From contig CAZMYR010000006.1 in NCBI GenBank assembly GCA_964570585.1, positions 1,636 to 65,635 of the forward strand: 64,000 bases of DNA, in the 5' to 3' direction. Made by a program: the position numbers and the translations under genes. The first letter of the stretch is position 1, and every line of letters begins with the position of its first letter. Source of the DNA: an uncultured Planctomycetia bacterium (lineage in GTDB: Bacteria > Omnitrophota > Gorgyraeia > JABMRG01 > JAFGKX01). The notes under the pieces were generated by a model. It did not search any database, was not told the origin of the DNA, and saw nothing but the letters and a program-made list of their open reading frames with translations. Shown piece by piece: positions 28,574 to 38,311 of the stretch.

Positions 28574-29281
28574 TTAAAACCGCCAGCTCAAACCTGCATT
28601 TATTGCTTCTTCGTCAAAGAAGCGACCTTCGATATTCGCAGTTAAATTTTCGTCGAATGTAAAATCTGCGCCAACAGCCAAACCTGCATGGTTAACAGAA
28701 CCTGCTCTTTTCCTATCCTTTCTTTCGCTAGTTATGCGGCTTAAGGTAACTTTAGAATATTTAATCGCCATATAGGGATATAAGAGATTAAATCTTTTAG
28801 CGCATATTAACGAACTTTGCCAATCATCCATGAAAATTTCATTTTTTATTCCGTTGACAGTTCTGGGGTCAGGGTGAACACTAATATGCTGAAAAGCATA
28901 AAGCATGTCTATAGCATATTTATCCGGCTCTGTCAACCTCGCTCTAAAACCATAACCACCGGCAAAGGCGGTATTATAATTGATTGCATCTGCATCCTTT
29001 GGCTCAAATTTCAGATTTCCGCAGCCTAATCTAAAGTCCAGAGAAAACCAGTCAAACAGCCCATAGGAAATTGTAGTAAAATACTGCTGGCTTTCCACAT
29101 CTCCTTTAGGGCGCTTCATTTGTTTTTCAAAAAGCAAATTGGTTTCTGCGCCAATTTTCCATTTACCCTTCCTGGGTAAAATCGGGCCGTCGGTCGGCAT
29201 TGCATATGTAATTGCAGGTAGTAATAAAAATAAACAAGATAGCTGTAAGCTGTAAGCTATAAGCTGTAAGCTATTTTTCAT
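28574..29281 (-). CDS. Putative outer-membrane beta-barrel protein
   Basis: Signal peptide, alternating aromatic strands, C-terminal GLSWRF. Confidence 0.7.
   Translation of the reverse strand: MKNSLQLIAYSLQLSCLFLLLPAITYAMPTDGPILPRKGKWKIGAETNLLFEKQMKRPKGDVESQQYFTTISYGLFDWFSLDFRLGCGNLKFEPKDADAINYNTAFAGGYGFRARLTEPDKYAIDMLYAFQHISVHPDPRTVNGIKNEIFMDDWQSSLICAKRFNLLYPYMAIKYSKVTLSRITSERKDRKRAGSVNHAGLAVGADFTFDENLTANIEGRFFDEEAINAGLSWRF
29240..29273. repeat. AAGCTRT heptamer array inside a signal peptide
   Basis: About five units encoding SLQLIAYSLQLS. Confidence 0.75.
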
Positions 29282-29933
29282 ATCTTAGATTTGGCAGGCC
29301 AATATCCGCAACGACTATTTTGCCGCAAATCTCTGGCCCTTTGTTTTTGTATAATCCCTTCTTGGGTAAAGCGAAGGTAACTGTCTCATCTGCTATTATG
29401 CAACTACCGTGAATCTGGCCGGTTGTAGCATCTAAGCCCGAAGGGATATCTACAGATATTACAGGCACATTAAGCTGATTAATAAAATTTATTACAGCCG
29501 ATGAAAGAATATCAGGGGCGCCTTTAAAGCCTGTTCCAAATATAGCGTCAACAACAAGGTTTGCTTTGAAATTTCTTTTGATTGCATCAACACTTTTTAT
29601 GTCACAAATCTCAGTTATTTTTTGGTTCATCTTGATAAGGATATTCATATTTATTGCCGGATCCACTTTAAGTTTATTTTTCAGCCCTAATAAATAGATA
29701 AGGGCCTTGTAATTATTATTTATCAGATGCCTTGCGCATACTAAACTATCTCCGCCATTATTGCCTTTTCCGCAAAATATAGCTACAGTATTGGCTCTAT
29801 CTTTAAGGTAGGAAGTGATTGAGTGAGCAACAGCCCTTCCTGCATTTTCCATAAGTACTATAGATGGTATGCCGTATCTTTTAATCGCCTCAGCATCTAT
29901 CTGTTTCATCTTGGCGGCAGTTACAGCTTTCAT
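29271..29933 (-). CDS. nnrE: NAD(P)H-hydrate epimerase (stand-alone YjeF_N)
   Basis: LMENAG, GKGNNGGD, VDAIFGTG, VDIPSG. Confidence 0.92.
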   Translation of the reverse strand: MKAVTAAKMKQIDAEAIKRYGIPSIVLMENAGRAVAHSITSYLKDRANTVAIFCGKGNNGGDSLVCARHLINNNYKALIYLLGLKNKLKVDPAINMNILIKMNQKITEICDIKSVDAIKRNFKANLVVDAIFGTGFKGAPDILSSAVINFINQLNVPVISVDIPSGLDATTGQIHGSCIIADETVTFALPKKGLYKNKGPEICGKIVVADIGLPNLRYEK

Positions 29934-29940
29934 GTCGTTG

Positions 29941-31242
29941 TTATCGAGGCCTTTTTAGCAGTTTATACATATTATTCTTATATGCCTCCACGCCCGGTTG
30001 ATTGAAGGGATTTATGCCTAATAAATACCCTGAGGCTGCTACTGCTATTTCAAAGAAATAATATATTCCTCCGAGATAATAAGGCGACCTTTCGGGTAGG
30101 TGTATGGTCATATTTGGCACGGCGCCTGAGGTATGGGCCTGGGCTGTTCCTTGATAGGCCTTTTTATCTATATAATCAAGTTCCTTGCCGGAAATATAAT
30201 TTAGCTCATCAAAATTTTCTTTGAAATACGGTATCTTTATCTTATTAAAGGGCTTATCAATAATTAAAAAAGTCTCGAAGATATTCCTTTTGCCTCCTTG
30301 AATTAATTGGCCGAGTGAATGCAAATCAGTAGTAAAGTCGGCTATAGCAGGAAATATCGCCTTGTTATCCTTGCCTTCGCTTTCAGCAAATAATTGTTTC
30401 CACCACTCAAGCAAATAATGTAATGACGGATGAAAGCCGGCTAATATCTCGATGAATTTAGCAGACCTATATAAAAGATTGCGAATGCCTGCGTATCGAT
30501 AAGCAATGTTTTCTTCTATTTTACAGCTAAATATGTATTTTTCCATACAGGCTGCGCCTTTTAATAATCCTTCGATATCTATGCCGGCGCAGGCCATAGG
30601 CAAAAGGCCGACAGGGGTAAGAACAGAAAATCTTCCGCCTACATCATCGGGTATAACAAATGTTCTGATCCCTTTTTTAGAAGCCAGTTTTTTAAGGCGG
30701 CCTTTTTTTCCGTCGGTAGTGAAAATTATCCGTTTTGTAATCTCCCTTTTATTGTAACGTCTTTTCATAAAATCATATATAATTCTAAAAGCTAAAGCCG
30801 GTTCTGTGGTAGAGCCTGATTTTGATATAACGTTCACATATAACTCCTTGCCGGTGTTTATAATATCTAATAAATCCTTCATATAATCCGAACTCAAATT
30901 AGTGCCGCAGAAATATATCTTAAGTTTTTTCTCGTTTCTTTGAAAGAGCGGAGATAAAAACTCAATACCTGCCCTGGCTCCGAGATAAGAGCCCCCTATG
31001 CCTATACATAATAATATATCAGAATTTTTTTGTATTTCTTGCGCAGTATTTTTTATTTCAGATATGAGCGTTTTAGTTGTATTGGAAGGAAGGCGTAGCC
31101 AGCCTAAAAAATCTCCCCCTTCACCTGTGCCTTTTTTGAGCTTTTTATCAATAGCAATTATCTCCGCCAAAATTGAATCAATCTGGCTCTGGTTGATAAA
31201 TGGCTTTATATTATTCGTATCTAATGTTATTTTATTTTCCAT
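29941..31242 (-). CDS. pgi: Glucose-6-phosphate isomerase
   Basis: GIGGSYLG, SKSGSTTE, VGGRFS, ESEGK, FNQPGVEAYK. Confidence 0.95.
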   Translation of the reverse strand: MENKITLDTNNIKPFINQSQIDSILAEIIAIDKKLKKGTGEGGDFLGWLRLPSNTTKTLISEIKNTAQEIQKNSDILLCIGIGGSYLGARAGIEFLSPLFQRNEKKLKIYFCGTNLSSDYMKDLLDIINTGKELYVNVISKSGSTTEPALAFRIIYDFMKRRYNKREITKRIIFTTDGKKGRLKKLASKKGIRTFVIPDDVGGRFSVLTPVGLLPMACAGIDIEGLLKGAACMEKYIFSCKIEENIAYRYAGIRNLLYRSAKFIEILAGFHPSLHYLLEWWKQLFAESEGKDNKAIFPAIADFTTDLHSLGQLIQGGKRNIFETFLIIDKPFNKIKIPYFKENFDELNYISGKELDYIDKKAYQGTAQAHTSGAVPNMTIHLPERSPYYLGGIYYFFEIAVAASGYLLGINPFNQPGVEAYKNNMYKLLKRPR

Positions 31243-31245
31243 ATT

Positions 31246-32016
31246 TTACTCTTTCTCCTTAACGAATATATCTTTTATCGTCTTTTTGATATCTTTTGCA
31301 GTATCTTTGACAGTTCGTGAGGCGCCCTGCGAAAACTCTTTTATTATAGCCCCTCCCCTGTCTATCACCTCGGTTAAATCTTCTTTTAGTATATCCATGT
31401 TAAAATTGATAAGCTGATATATGTCAGTTTGCATAAGCGCCTTATACATAATGGTGCTAACCAGCACCCTTGGGTCATCTACATTTTCGAAAAGCTGGTT
31501 TCTAAGGCCTATATTATATACCTTAATCATCGCTGCTCTGTTTTTATAATAATCTTTGTATATAACTTTCCCGACAGAAAGGGAAAGCTTGTCTATTTTA
31601 AAAGCGCCTGTCTTTTTTCCTGTTGGCATGCCGGGTTTTTGAAGGCTCTTTATAGACATAAAATTTAGATGCCCGGCTCGGTTTCTTATAATGAACAGTT
31701 CCTTTAAATCTATCTTTAAAATATTAAAATGGACTTTTCGCCGTATAGCAGCCCCGAGATTATAATCAAGGTAGGCGAAGGGTATATCTGCCATAACGCC
31801 TTCTTCGAAGCCGGCGGGATTATATAATCTCAAATGCTTTATATCGATATTATGCTGCCCTATATCGGCATTAACATCTTCGACGGTTATTCTGAGATCG
31901 GTCAATGATTTGACAGAATTTACCAAAATTGACTTAAGTATCGCGTTTCTTGCCTTAAAAGCTATAAAGGAAGCTATGAGCAAGAATATAAAAAGCCATA
32001 TAAGAAGCTTCTTCAT
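31246..32016 (-). CDS. AsmA-like protein
   Basis: N-terminal TM; LRLYNPAGF motif; beta-rich. Confidence 0.6.
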   Translation of the reverse strand: MKKLLIWLFIFLLIASFIAFKARNAILKSILVNSVKSLTDLRITVEDVNADIGQHNIDIKHLRLYNPAGFEEGVMADIPFAYLDYNLGAAIRRKVHFNILKIDLKELFIIRNRAGHLNFMSIKSLQKPGMPTGKKTGAFKIDKLSLSVGKVIYKDYYKNRAAMIKVYNIGLRNQLFENVDDPRVLVSTIMYKALMQTDIYQLINFNMDILKEDLTEVIDRGGAIIKEFSQGASRTVKDTAKDIKKTIKDIFVKEKE

Positions 32017-32023
32017 TCTCGTG

Positions 32024-32094
32024 GAGGGGACACCCTGCAGCACAAAAAAGATGCGTATATTTCAGACTTTTTTGTGCTGCAGGGTGTCCCCTTC
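32024..32094. repeat. REP-like palindrome family C, copy 2
   Basis: aggggacaccctgcagcacaaaaaag...cttttttgtgctgcagggtgtcccct. Confidence 0.85.
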
Positions 32095-32099
32095 TGTTA

Positions 32100-32663
32100 C
32101 TAAAACTCCACCTTCGGCACCGCGCGGGCTGCTGCCTCTGCTTCAAAGAATTCAGCCGCTTTTTTACCTCTCAGCGATGCAAAAAAGACGCCCGGGATAT
32201 TCCTTACATAAGTATTATATGCCCTAACTTCCCGGTTATACCTGTTTCTTTCAACCGCAATTCTGTTTTCTGTGCCTTCCAATTGGGCCTGTAGAGTCAA
32301 AAAATTCTGACTTGCTTTCAGGTCAGGATATCTTTCAGCTACTAAAAGCAGTCTTGATAAGGCGCCGCCTAAACCTTCAGCAGCTTTTATCTTCTCTCCC
32401 CTAGTCTGGGCCTTAGCCCACTGGCTTCTAAGCTCTGTCACTCTGGTAAAAAGTTCTTTTTCATGCGCTGCATAGCCTTTAACCGTATTTACCAGATTAG
32501 GGATAAGGTCAATCCTCCTTTGTAACTGGTTTTCAACCTGTGCCCACCCTTCCAAAACCTTCTGATCCAGCACAATTACTTTGTTCCATCCGCCAATAAA
32601 CCATCCTGCGAGTATAACCAATACTATGCCGACTACAATTAATACAATCAACCATTTCTTCAT
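32100..32663 (-). CDS. lemA: LemA family protein
   Basis: LQRRIDLIPNLV, ERYPDLKA, EGTENRIAVER. Confidence 0.95.
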   Translation of the reverse strand: MKKWLIVLIVVGIVLVILAGWFIGGWNKVIVLDQKVLEGWAQVENQLQRRIDLIPNLVNTVKGYAAHEKELFTRVTELRSQWAKAQTRGEKIKAAEGLGGALSRLLLVAERYPDLKASQNFLTLQAQLEGTENRIAVERNRYNREVRAYNTYVRNIPGVFFASLRGKKAAEFFEAEAAARAVPKVEF

Positions 32664-32679
32664 TATCTCTTACCTCCTT

Positions 32680-33486
32680 TTACCAGCCTCCGCTTGCTCC
32701 TCCTCCGCCGGATAGACCGCCGCCAAAACCTCCAAAACCTCCACTAAAGCCGCCACCTGTTCCATGATAACCAGTACCATACCACATCCCGCCTCTTCTT
32801 CTTCCCATACCGCCAAGTATAAAATAGAACAAAAGTCCGGAACGCAATCCAAATATAAGAATAAAGAATGATAATGTCATTAAAAAACGCAGCAGTGTTG
32901 CTGCAGGCGAAACTGGAGTTACTCTTGCCGCCTTAGCATAAGCTGCACCACCTGTAAGCTTGACATTATATTCTTTAGCTGCAAGTTGCGCAACAGAAAT
33001 AGCCCCAAGAACAATACCTTTGCTAAAATTTCCCTGCTTAAATTGCGGTATCATAATCTGGCTTATAATCTGATGTGCTATTGCATCCGGAATGACCCCC
33101 TCTAAACCATAACCTGTCTCAATCCTGACCTTTTTATCATTAGCTGCCATTAAAATAAGTACACCGTTGTCCTTGGCCTTCGTGCCTATGCCCCATTTTT
33201 CAAAAAGTTCTACTGCGTATTGCTCAATTGTCAATGGTTTCGTGGTGGCAAGGGTCACAACTGCAATCTGGGCAGTGGTCTTTGTATCTAATTCTTGTGC
33301 TAATGCCTCGATGGTTTGTTCATCGGCAGGTTCTATAACATTGGCAAAATCATTCACATACCCGCGAAAAGCAGGCATTCTGGCCTCTTCCTGTTCCTGC
33401 TGCTGCGCATATGCAAAGTTTGCAAGGGCTATAGATAACAATAATATCAATATAAAAAACGTCTTTATCTTCATCAAAAATGCCAT
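32680..33486 (-). CDS. TPM-domain (YgcG) membrane protein
   Basis: YVNDFA, WGIG, DNGVL, RIETGYGLEG, Gly-rich tail ending GGGGASGGW. Confidence 0.9.
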   Translation of the reverse strand: MAFLMKIKTFFILILLLSIALANFAYAQQQEQEEARMPAFRGYVNDFANVIEPADEQTIEALAQELDTKTTAQIAVVTLATTKPLTIEQYAVELFEKWGIGTKAKDNGVLILMAANDKKVRIETGYGLEGVIPDAIAHQIISQIMIPQFKQGNFSKGIVLGAISVAQLAAKEYNVKLTGGAAYAKAARVTPVSPAATLLRFLMTLSFFILIFGLRSGLLFYFILGGMGRRRGGMWYGTGYHGTGGGFSGGFGGFGGGLSGGGGASGGW

Positions 33487-33516
33487 TCTCGTGAAAGCGG
33501 GAATGACAAACCGCTT

Positions 33517-34269
33517 TTAAACCTTTAACTCATCTGCTACAATTGCAAGCTTTCCAATCTCCTGGATATATTTTTCAAAAAATGGCTCCACATCCTGCGA
33601 GCCTATTTTGTCGTCGTCTTTTTTATCTCGCAATATTGCTAAGAAAACAACTGGGTCTATTCCGAAATTTTTACCAAGGCTATTTATTATCTCTTCCTTA
33701 TCAGTGGATGGCATTTGGGCTGTCTTTAAACGCAGGAGCCCCCTGAATATTGGAAAGAGTGAATTAAGAGACTCTTTCAACAGCGCATCTATGCCTTTTT
33801 TCCTTAGGCCTATCTCTAAATATGCTTCTCTCATCCTTATCAATTTACCCTTAAGTTGTTGCTCACATTGCAATCTTATGTTAGATTCATCAACAGGAAG
33901 GTTCTTGAGCAAATCCTGTCCATAGAGCAGGCAATAGTTATCTTTCATTTCTAAAAATTCGGCTGGAAATACATCAGTTGAAGTTTGCATATGCCTTACT
34001 GTTAGCATTAAAGGGGCGGCTATTCTCTTGCTTATGCCAAAAGAAACAAGTTTGAGAGACTTTTTTAAATCGGGAAATTCAAGGTTCTTAAAAATTACTG
34101 CCATATTGACATCGGACTTTCCCGGAATATAGTTTCTTCCTGTGGCGCTGCCATATATAAAAATTGATACGATATTGTCGCCATGAATTTTAAGCAATTG
34201 CCGGGAGTACTTACGGATTTTCCTTCTTATCTCTTCTGGCAGCATCTCGATATTTATTATAGGGCCCAT
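33517..34269 (-). CDS. Nucleotidyltransferase-fold protein
   Basis: IYGSATG...SDVN; DVFPAEFLEM, LLYGQD, RLQCE. Confidence 0.7.
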   Translation of the reverse strand: MGPIINIEMLPEEIRRKIRKYSRQLLKIHGDNIVSIFIYGSATGRNYIPGKSDVNMAVIFKNLEFPDLKKSLKLVSFGISKRIAAPLMLTVRHMQTSTDVFPAEFLEMKDNYCLLYGQDLLKNLPVDESNIRLQCEQQLKGKLIRMREAYLEIGLRKKGIDALLKESLNSLFPIFRGLLRLKTAQMPSTDKEEIINSLGKNFGIDPVVFLAILRDKKDDDKIGSQDVEPFFEKYIQEIGKLAIVADELKV

Positions 34270-35030
34270 TTTTCTCTCCTTATTACTGAATGTTTAATGC
34301 CGTCTTTCAATTCAGCCTTTTCGCCGTCAATTGCAACATATGTAGGTTTTACGGAACCGCACCAGGCCCCACAATTAGCATAAATGCCTTTTTCAAATTT
34401 AACCATTTTTGCCATATGGGTATGCCCGAAAATCACTATTTTCTTTCCGTTGTTGATTAAGGCCATAGCAGCCCTCTCGTATTCTGAGAAATCCCCGCCT
34501 CTTTTTATGTATTCTGCGCTAGAGGGCAGGACCTTATTTTTTATCTCCATTACTTTAGCTGTCCACTCATCAATATCAGGATGAATTATTCTCTCTGTCC
34601 ACCCACAAATATAAGAAGCTGTCCTGCCCCATCGATTTTTAGCAGCTAACGTGGGGTCTTTGTAACGGTTAAATACATCGTATTGGTTTCCATGTTCTGC
34701 ATGCAAACCGATTTTTTCATCATTGTATTTCAATGCGACATCAATGCTGGAATCTATATATTTGACAAAGGGAATATGGTCGTGGTTTCCTATAATATAA
34801 ACAAATCTTCTTTCTTTAGCAAAGCTAAGCAATCCTTCTATTACCTTATGATGATAGAATATTATCTTGTCTAAATCACACTGCCATAATTCAAAAAGGT
34901 CGCCTACAATTATAAGTTCTTCACAATTGTCTTTGGCAAAATCAAGAAATCCTAAAAATTCATCTGTATAGTGAAAATCGTCTGCTTTGGAACCATCACC
35001 TAAATGAAGGTCACTTATAAAAAATCTCAT
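34257..35030 (-). CDS. Metallophosphoesterase (LpxH-like)
   Basis: SDLH, VGD, GNHD, HG, GHTH, NCG. Confidence 0.88.
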   Translation of the reverse strand: MRFFISDLHLGDGSKADDFHYTDEFLGFLDFAKDNCEELIIVGDLFELWQCDLDKIIFYHHKVIEGLLSFAKERRFVYIIGNHDHIPFVKYIDSSIDVALKYNDEKIGLHAEHGNQYDVFNRYKDPTLAAKNRWGRTASYICGWTERIIHPDIDEWTAKVMEIKNKVLPSSAEYIKRGGDFSEYERAAMALINNGKKIVIFGHTHMAKMVKFEKGIYANCGAWCGSVKPTYVAIDGEKAELKDGIKHSVIRREKWAL

Positions 35031-35464
35031 CTGTTTTTTCTTAAAGACATCACATGCAACTTGCTTCTATCAAGCCTGCAAACTTGTTTTATCTTCTCCT
35101 CTATTTCAGGAGGATAATTATTGGTATATTCAAAACCATATCTTTCGAAGTATTTAGGGATGTGGGTTACAATATAAACGGGCTTATTTTTGCTAATAAG
35201 TGAGAGAACATACTCAAAGAGCATAGAACTTATACCCTTGCCTCTCCAATAGTAATCCACCCCCATTGTGGAAGGTTCATAAAATGTAGGATACTCAAAA
35301 TATCTTATAAAGCCTACTGGCCTGCCTTCTTTGTTTCTTGCTACAAAAAACTGCTCGACCGAGATATTCCTACCGTCAAGCCAGTATTTTTTAATCTTTT
35401 CTTTTATATAAGGCAAATCCGAAGGTTTTGCTTTTGTAATAGTTATTTCGGGATTTTTACCCAT
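35027..35464 (-). CDS. GNAT acetyltransferase (ArgA-like)
   Basis: VDYYWRGKG, YFERYGF. Confidence 0.8.
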   Translation of the reverse strand: MGKNPEITITKAKPSDLPYIKEKIKKYWLDGRNISVEQFFVARNKEGRPVGFIRYFEYPTFYEPSTMGVDYYWRGKGISSMLFEYVLSLISKNKPVYIVTHIPKYFERYGFEYTNNYPPEIEEKIKQVCRLDRSKLHVMSLRKNR

Positions 35465-35508
35465 TTTTGCTATTCTACTATAACAGTCATCAACCTGCAA
35501 TAAAATTC

Positions 35509-35630
35509 TTAGAGACGTTTCCGGTTTTGTTCGGGAACCTGCCCCATTTCCAATCGGGAACCTGTCCCCGGGGACAGGTTCCCGAACAAATTTAGGGCAG
35601 GTTCCCGAACAAGTTCAGAAACGTCCCTAA
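35509..35630. mobile_element. Empty family A element (two arms head to head)
   Basis: TTAGAGACGTTTC...GAAACGTCCCTAA ends; perfect 32-bp central palindrome 35554-35585; left arm similar to the RAYT left arm. Confidence 0.8.
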
Positions 35631-38311
35631 AGCATTTTTAGCATAGCATCTTTTATGCCAAGGGTGATTGCCTGATAATCATCCTCTGCTTTGAGCTGGT
35701 AGCCTTTTTCCAATAACGACTTTGGATCTAAGGGTTTGCCAAAATTTATCTGTATCGGATAAATGCCTGGAAAGGTTCTATTTCTGGGCCAGGCCTGAAA
35801 TGCCCCTTTTATTACTACAGGAACAAGAGGGATATTTAGCTCTTTAGAAAGTATTCCAACTCCTTTTTTAAATTTTTTCATCTTTCCATCAATAGGCCTT
35901 TCACCCTCCGGAAAGACACAAAGGCTCCTCTTATGCCTTAACACATAAGATGCTGCGCACATTGCAGGAAGAAGGTCTTTTGCTGTGTCTACTGGTATAA
36001 TCCTCCCTGCCTTTATTGTATTTTTTATTATTGGAACCTCAAAATACCCCCTGAACCCCATAAAATAAAGATTAAGTTCGCTCTTAAATGCAACTGACGC
36101 AGCTACTAAAAATGCATCATAATAACTAGTGTGGTTTACGCAAAGTATGTAAGGTCCATGCTCTGGTATGTTTTCCCTGCCGTACATTCTCAATTTATAA
36201 AAGACTCTAAAATAGGCATACATCAGCTTTACCACTAAAAATGTCAATATCTTTATATGAACCGCTGGAGCAATATCTATCTTGTTAAGTAACGCAACGG
36301 GCGGAAGCTTTTTAAGCAACTCTTCCCAAAATTTCTTTTCAGTAATAACTGCCTTTTCTAAAATTTCTTTAGAAGGAATCCGTTTTGTTAAATTATCTAC
36401 TCCTTCTACAACATCTTTTAATGTGAACCACCCTGCTGCTGTTTTTTGAGGTATAGTTATATTAAATGCTTCCTCAAGCATGCTCAATAACTCGATTCTA
36501 CCTAAAGAATCCAGTCCCAGCCCTAATTCAAGACTATCACCGGGTCGTATTTCGCCTTCAAATTTTCTCTCTGACTTCATATAATTAATAATCACTTTAA
36601 ATACAGGATGTTGCGTAACTATCCTTTCCCCTTCCGTCAGAGGCACTGGTTTTCTATATACTTTTACCTGATATAGCCTTTTGAAAATCTGTTGCGCTTT
36701 ATATCTTTTTATCTTTCCCATGCGGGTCTTTGGCAATTCCTCTAAACTTATCCGAAAGTCTGTTATTCTTGTATGAGGGGCTGTCGCCTTTGATAAGTCT
36801 TCTATCTTTCCGCGCACCACTCTATCAATATCTGTTTCTCCATAACGCTTAAATGTATCCATATTCGGAATTACCAGCGCAAATATACCTGTTTCTGATT
36901 TCCCAAACGCAGCAGGATCAAAAACACATATCTCTTTTATAAATTCAGACCTTTTATAATAGGCCTCGATATCTCCAGGATATATATTTTTGCCGGAACT
37001 TAGAACTATCAGTTCCTTTTTTCTTCCGGTAATAAAAACATAATCGTCTTCGTCCTTATAACCCAAATCTCCGGAATAAAACCAGCCTTCTCTTATTGCC
37101 TCCTTAGTCTGCTCCGGTTTTTTGTAATAGCCGGCCATAACATTTCCGCCTTTAATCAATATCTCTCCTATGCCAGAAGGTGAAGGTTTGTCTATCTTTA
37201 CCTCAACGCCGGGGACAGGGATACCGACAGAGCCGATTTTGGGTTTGCTTATAGGATTAAAAGTTACAACAGGCGAAGTTTCGGTCAATCCATAGCCTTC
37301 TAATATTTTAAAACCTAATTTAAAAAGTCCTTTTGCAACAACCGGGTCGAGTCTTGCGCCACCGGATGCAAAAAATCTTAAATTTTCGCCAAATGCGCTA
37401 TGTACTTTTTTAAATAATAATTTCGATAAATTCAGTCCTGTCTTTTTGCGTAATAGCCAAAGTAGCTCCGATAAAACATTTATAGGCGCCCGCAATAATA
37501 TATTGACGGAATTTATCTTTTGAAATATCTTTTTATATATCATAGCAAAAAACTCAGGCACACCTATTAATATAGTGGCGTTGTTGTCTTTTATTGAACT
37601 GAGCAAATCTTCCCCTTTAAGCGATGGAGAAAATATTATTGTAGCGCCTGTTAAAAGCGGCAAAACTAAGTTAACCATAAATGGATAGGAATGAAAGAGC
37701 GGCAGGCAACAGACCATTCTATCTTTCTCTGTGCATAGGCCTGTTAAGTTTATAGAATCAAAATCTGAAATAAAATTTTTGTGGGTAAGGATAACACCTT
37801 TAGCAGCCGCAGTTGTGCCCGAGGTGTAGAGTAAGGATGCAATATCTGTAAAAAGGGGACTGTCCCAATTTTGCCTTTCTGTCCCTGTCAGCAAAACTTG
37901 GGCCCGTCCCCTTTTTACTCGGAGTCTTTTCAAATCCAGCGGTTCTATAGCGGGCCTTAACCTATCAAAAAAATCATCTGATATAAACACTCCGTAGGCA
38001 TCACTATCGATTAATATGTTTTTTATATTTTCAGATGAGTCCTGAACATCAATAGGGACAGCGATGCATCCTGCATAGATAATAGAAAAATATGCAATTG
38101 CCCATTCCGGGGAATTTCCCAGAATAATTGCGATTTTAGATTTACTAACTATGCTATTCCGGACAATATAATTTGCTGTAGATTTTATTCTTTTATAAAA
38201 GTCAGCGTACGATAGGCTATTCCATTTTGTACCATCAAAATATATAATGGCCTTTTTATCAGGTAAACGCTTAACTATTTTCTCCAACCGAGAATCCAAT
38301 GTATCAACCAT
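35627..38311 (-). CDS. Long-chain acyl ligase - ACP - PlsC acyltransferase fusion
   Basis: YTSGTT, GYGLTE, SGDLG; GLDSL carrier motif; NHTSYYD and FPEG acyltransferase motifs. Confidence 0.92.
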   Translation of the reverse strand: MVDTLDSRLEKIVKRLPDKKAIIYFDGTKWNSLSYADFYKRIKSTANYIVRNSIVSKSKIAIILGNSPEWAIAYFSIIYAGCIAVPIDVQDSSENIKNILIDSDAYGVFISDDFFDRLRPAIEPLDLKRLRVKRGRAQVLLTGTERQNWDSPLFTDIASLLYTSGTTAAAKGVILTHKNFISDFDSINLTGLCTEKDRMVCCLPLFHSYPFMVNLVLPLLTGATIIFSPSLKGEDLLSSIKDNNATILIGVPEFFAMIYKKIFQKINSVNILLRAPINVLSELLWLLRKKTGLNLSKLLFKKVHSAFGENLRFFASGGARLDPVVAKGLFKLGFKILEGYGLTETSPVVTFNPISKPKIGSVGIPVPGVEVKIDKPSPSGIGEILIKGGNVMAGYYKKPEQTKEAIREGWFYSGDLGYKDEDDYVFITGRKKELIVLSSGKNIYPGDIEAYYKRSEFIKEICVFDPAAFGKSETGIFALVIPNMDTFKRYGETDIDRVVRGKIEDLSKATAPHTRITDFRISLEELPKTRMGKIKRYKAQQIFKRLYQVKVYRKPVPLTEGERIVTQHPVFKVIINYMKSERKFEGEIRPGDSLELGLGLDSLGRIELLSMLEEAFNITIPQKTAAGWFTLKDVVEGVDNLTKRIPSKEILEKAVITEKKFWEELLKKLPPVALLNKIDIAPAVHIKILTFLVVKLMYAYFRVFYKLRMYGRENIPEHGPYILCVNHTSYYDAFLVAASVAFKSELNLYFMGFRGYFEVPIIKNTIKAGRIIPVDTAKDLLPAMCAASYVLRHKRSLCVFPEGERPIDGKMKKFKKGVGILSKELNIPLVPVVIKGAFQAWPRNRTFPGIYPIQINFGKPLDPKSLLEKGYQLKAEDDYQAITLGIKDAMLKML
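37848..37918. repeat. GGGACTGTCCC-type palindrome inside a CDS
   Basis: gtaaaaaggggactgtcccaattttgc...gcaaaacttgggcccgtcccctttttac. Confidence 0.75.
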
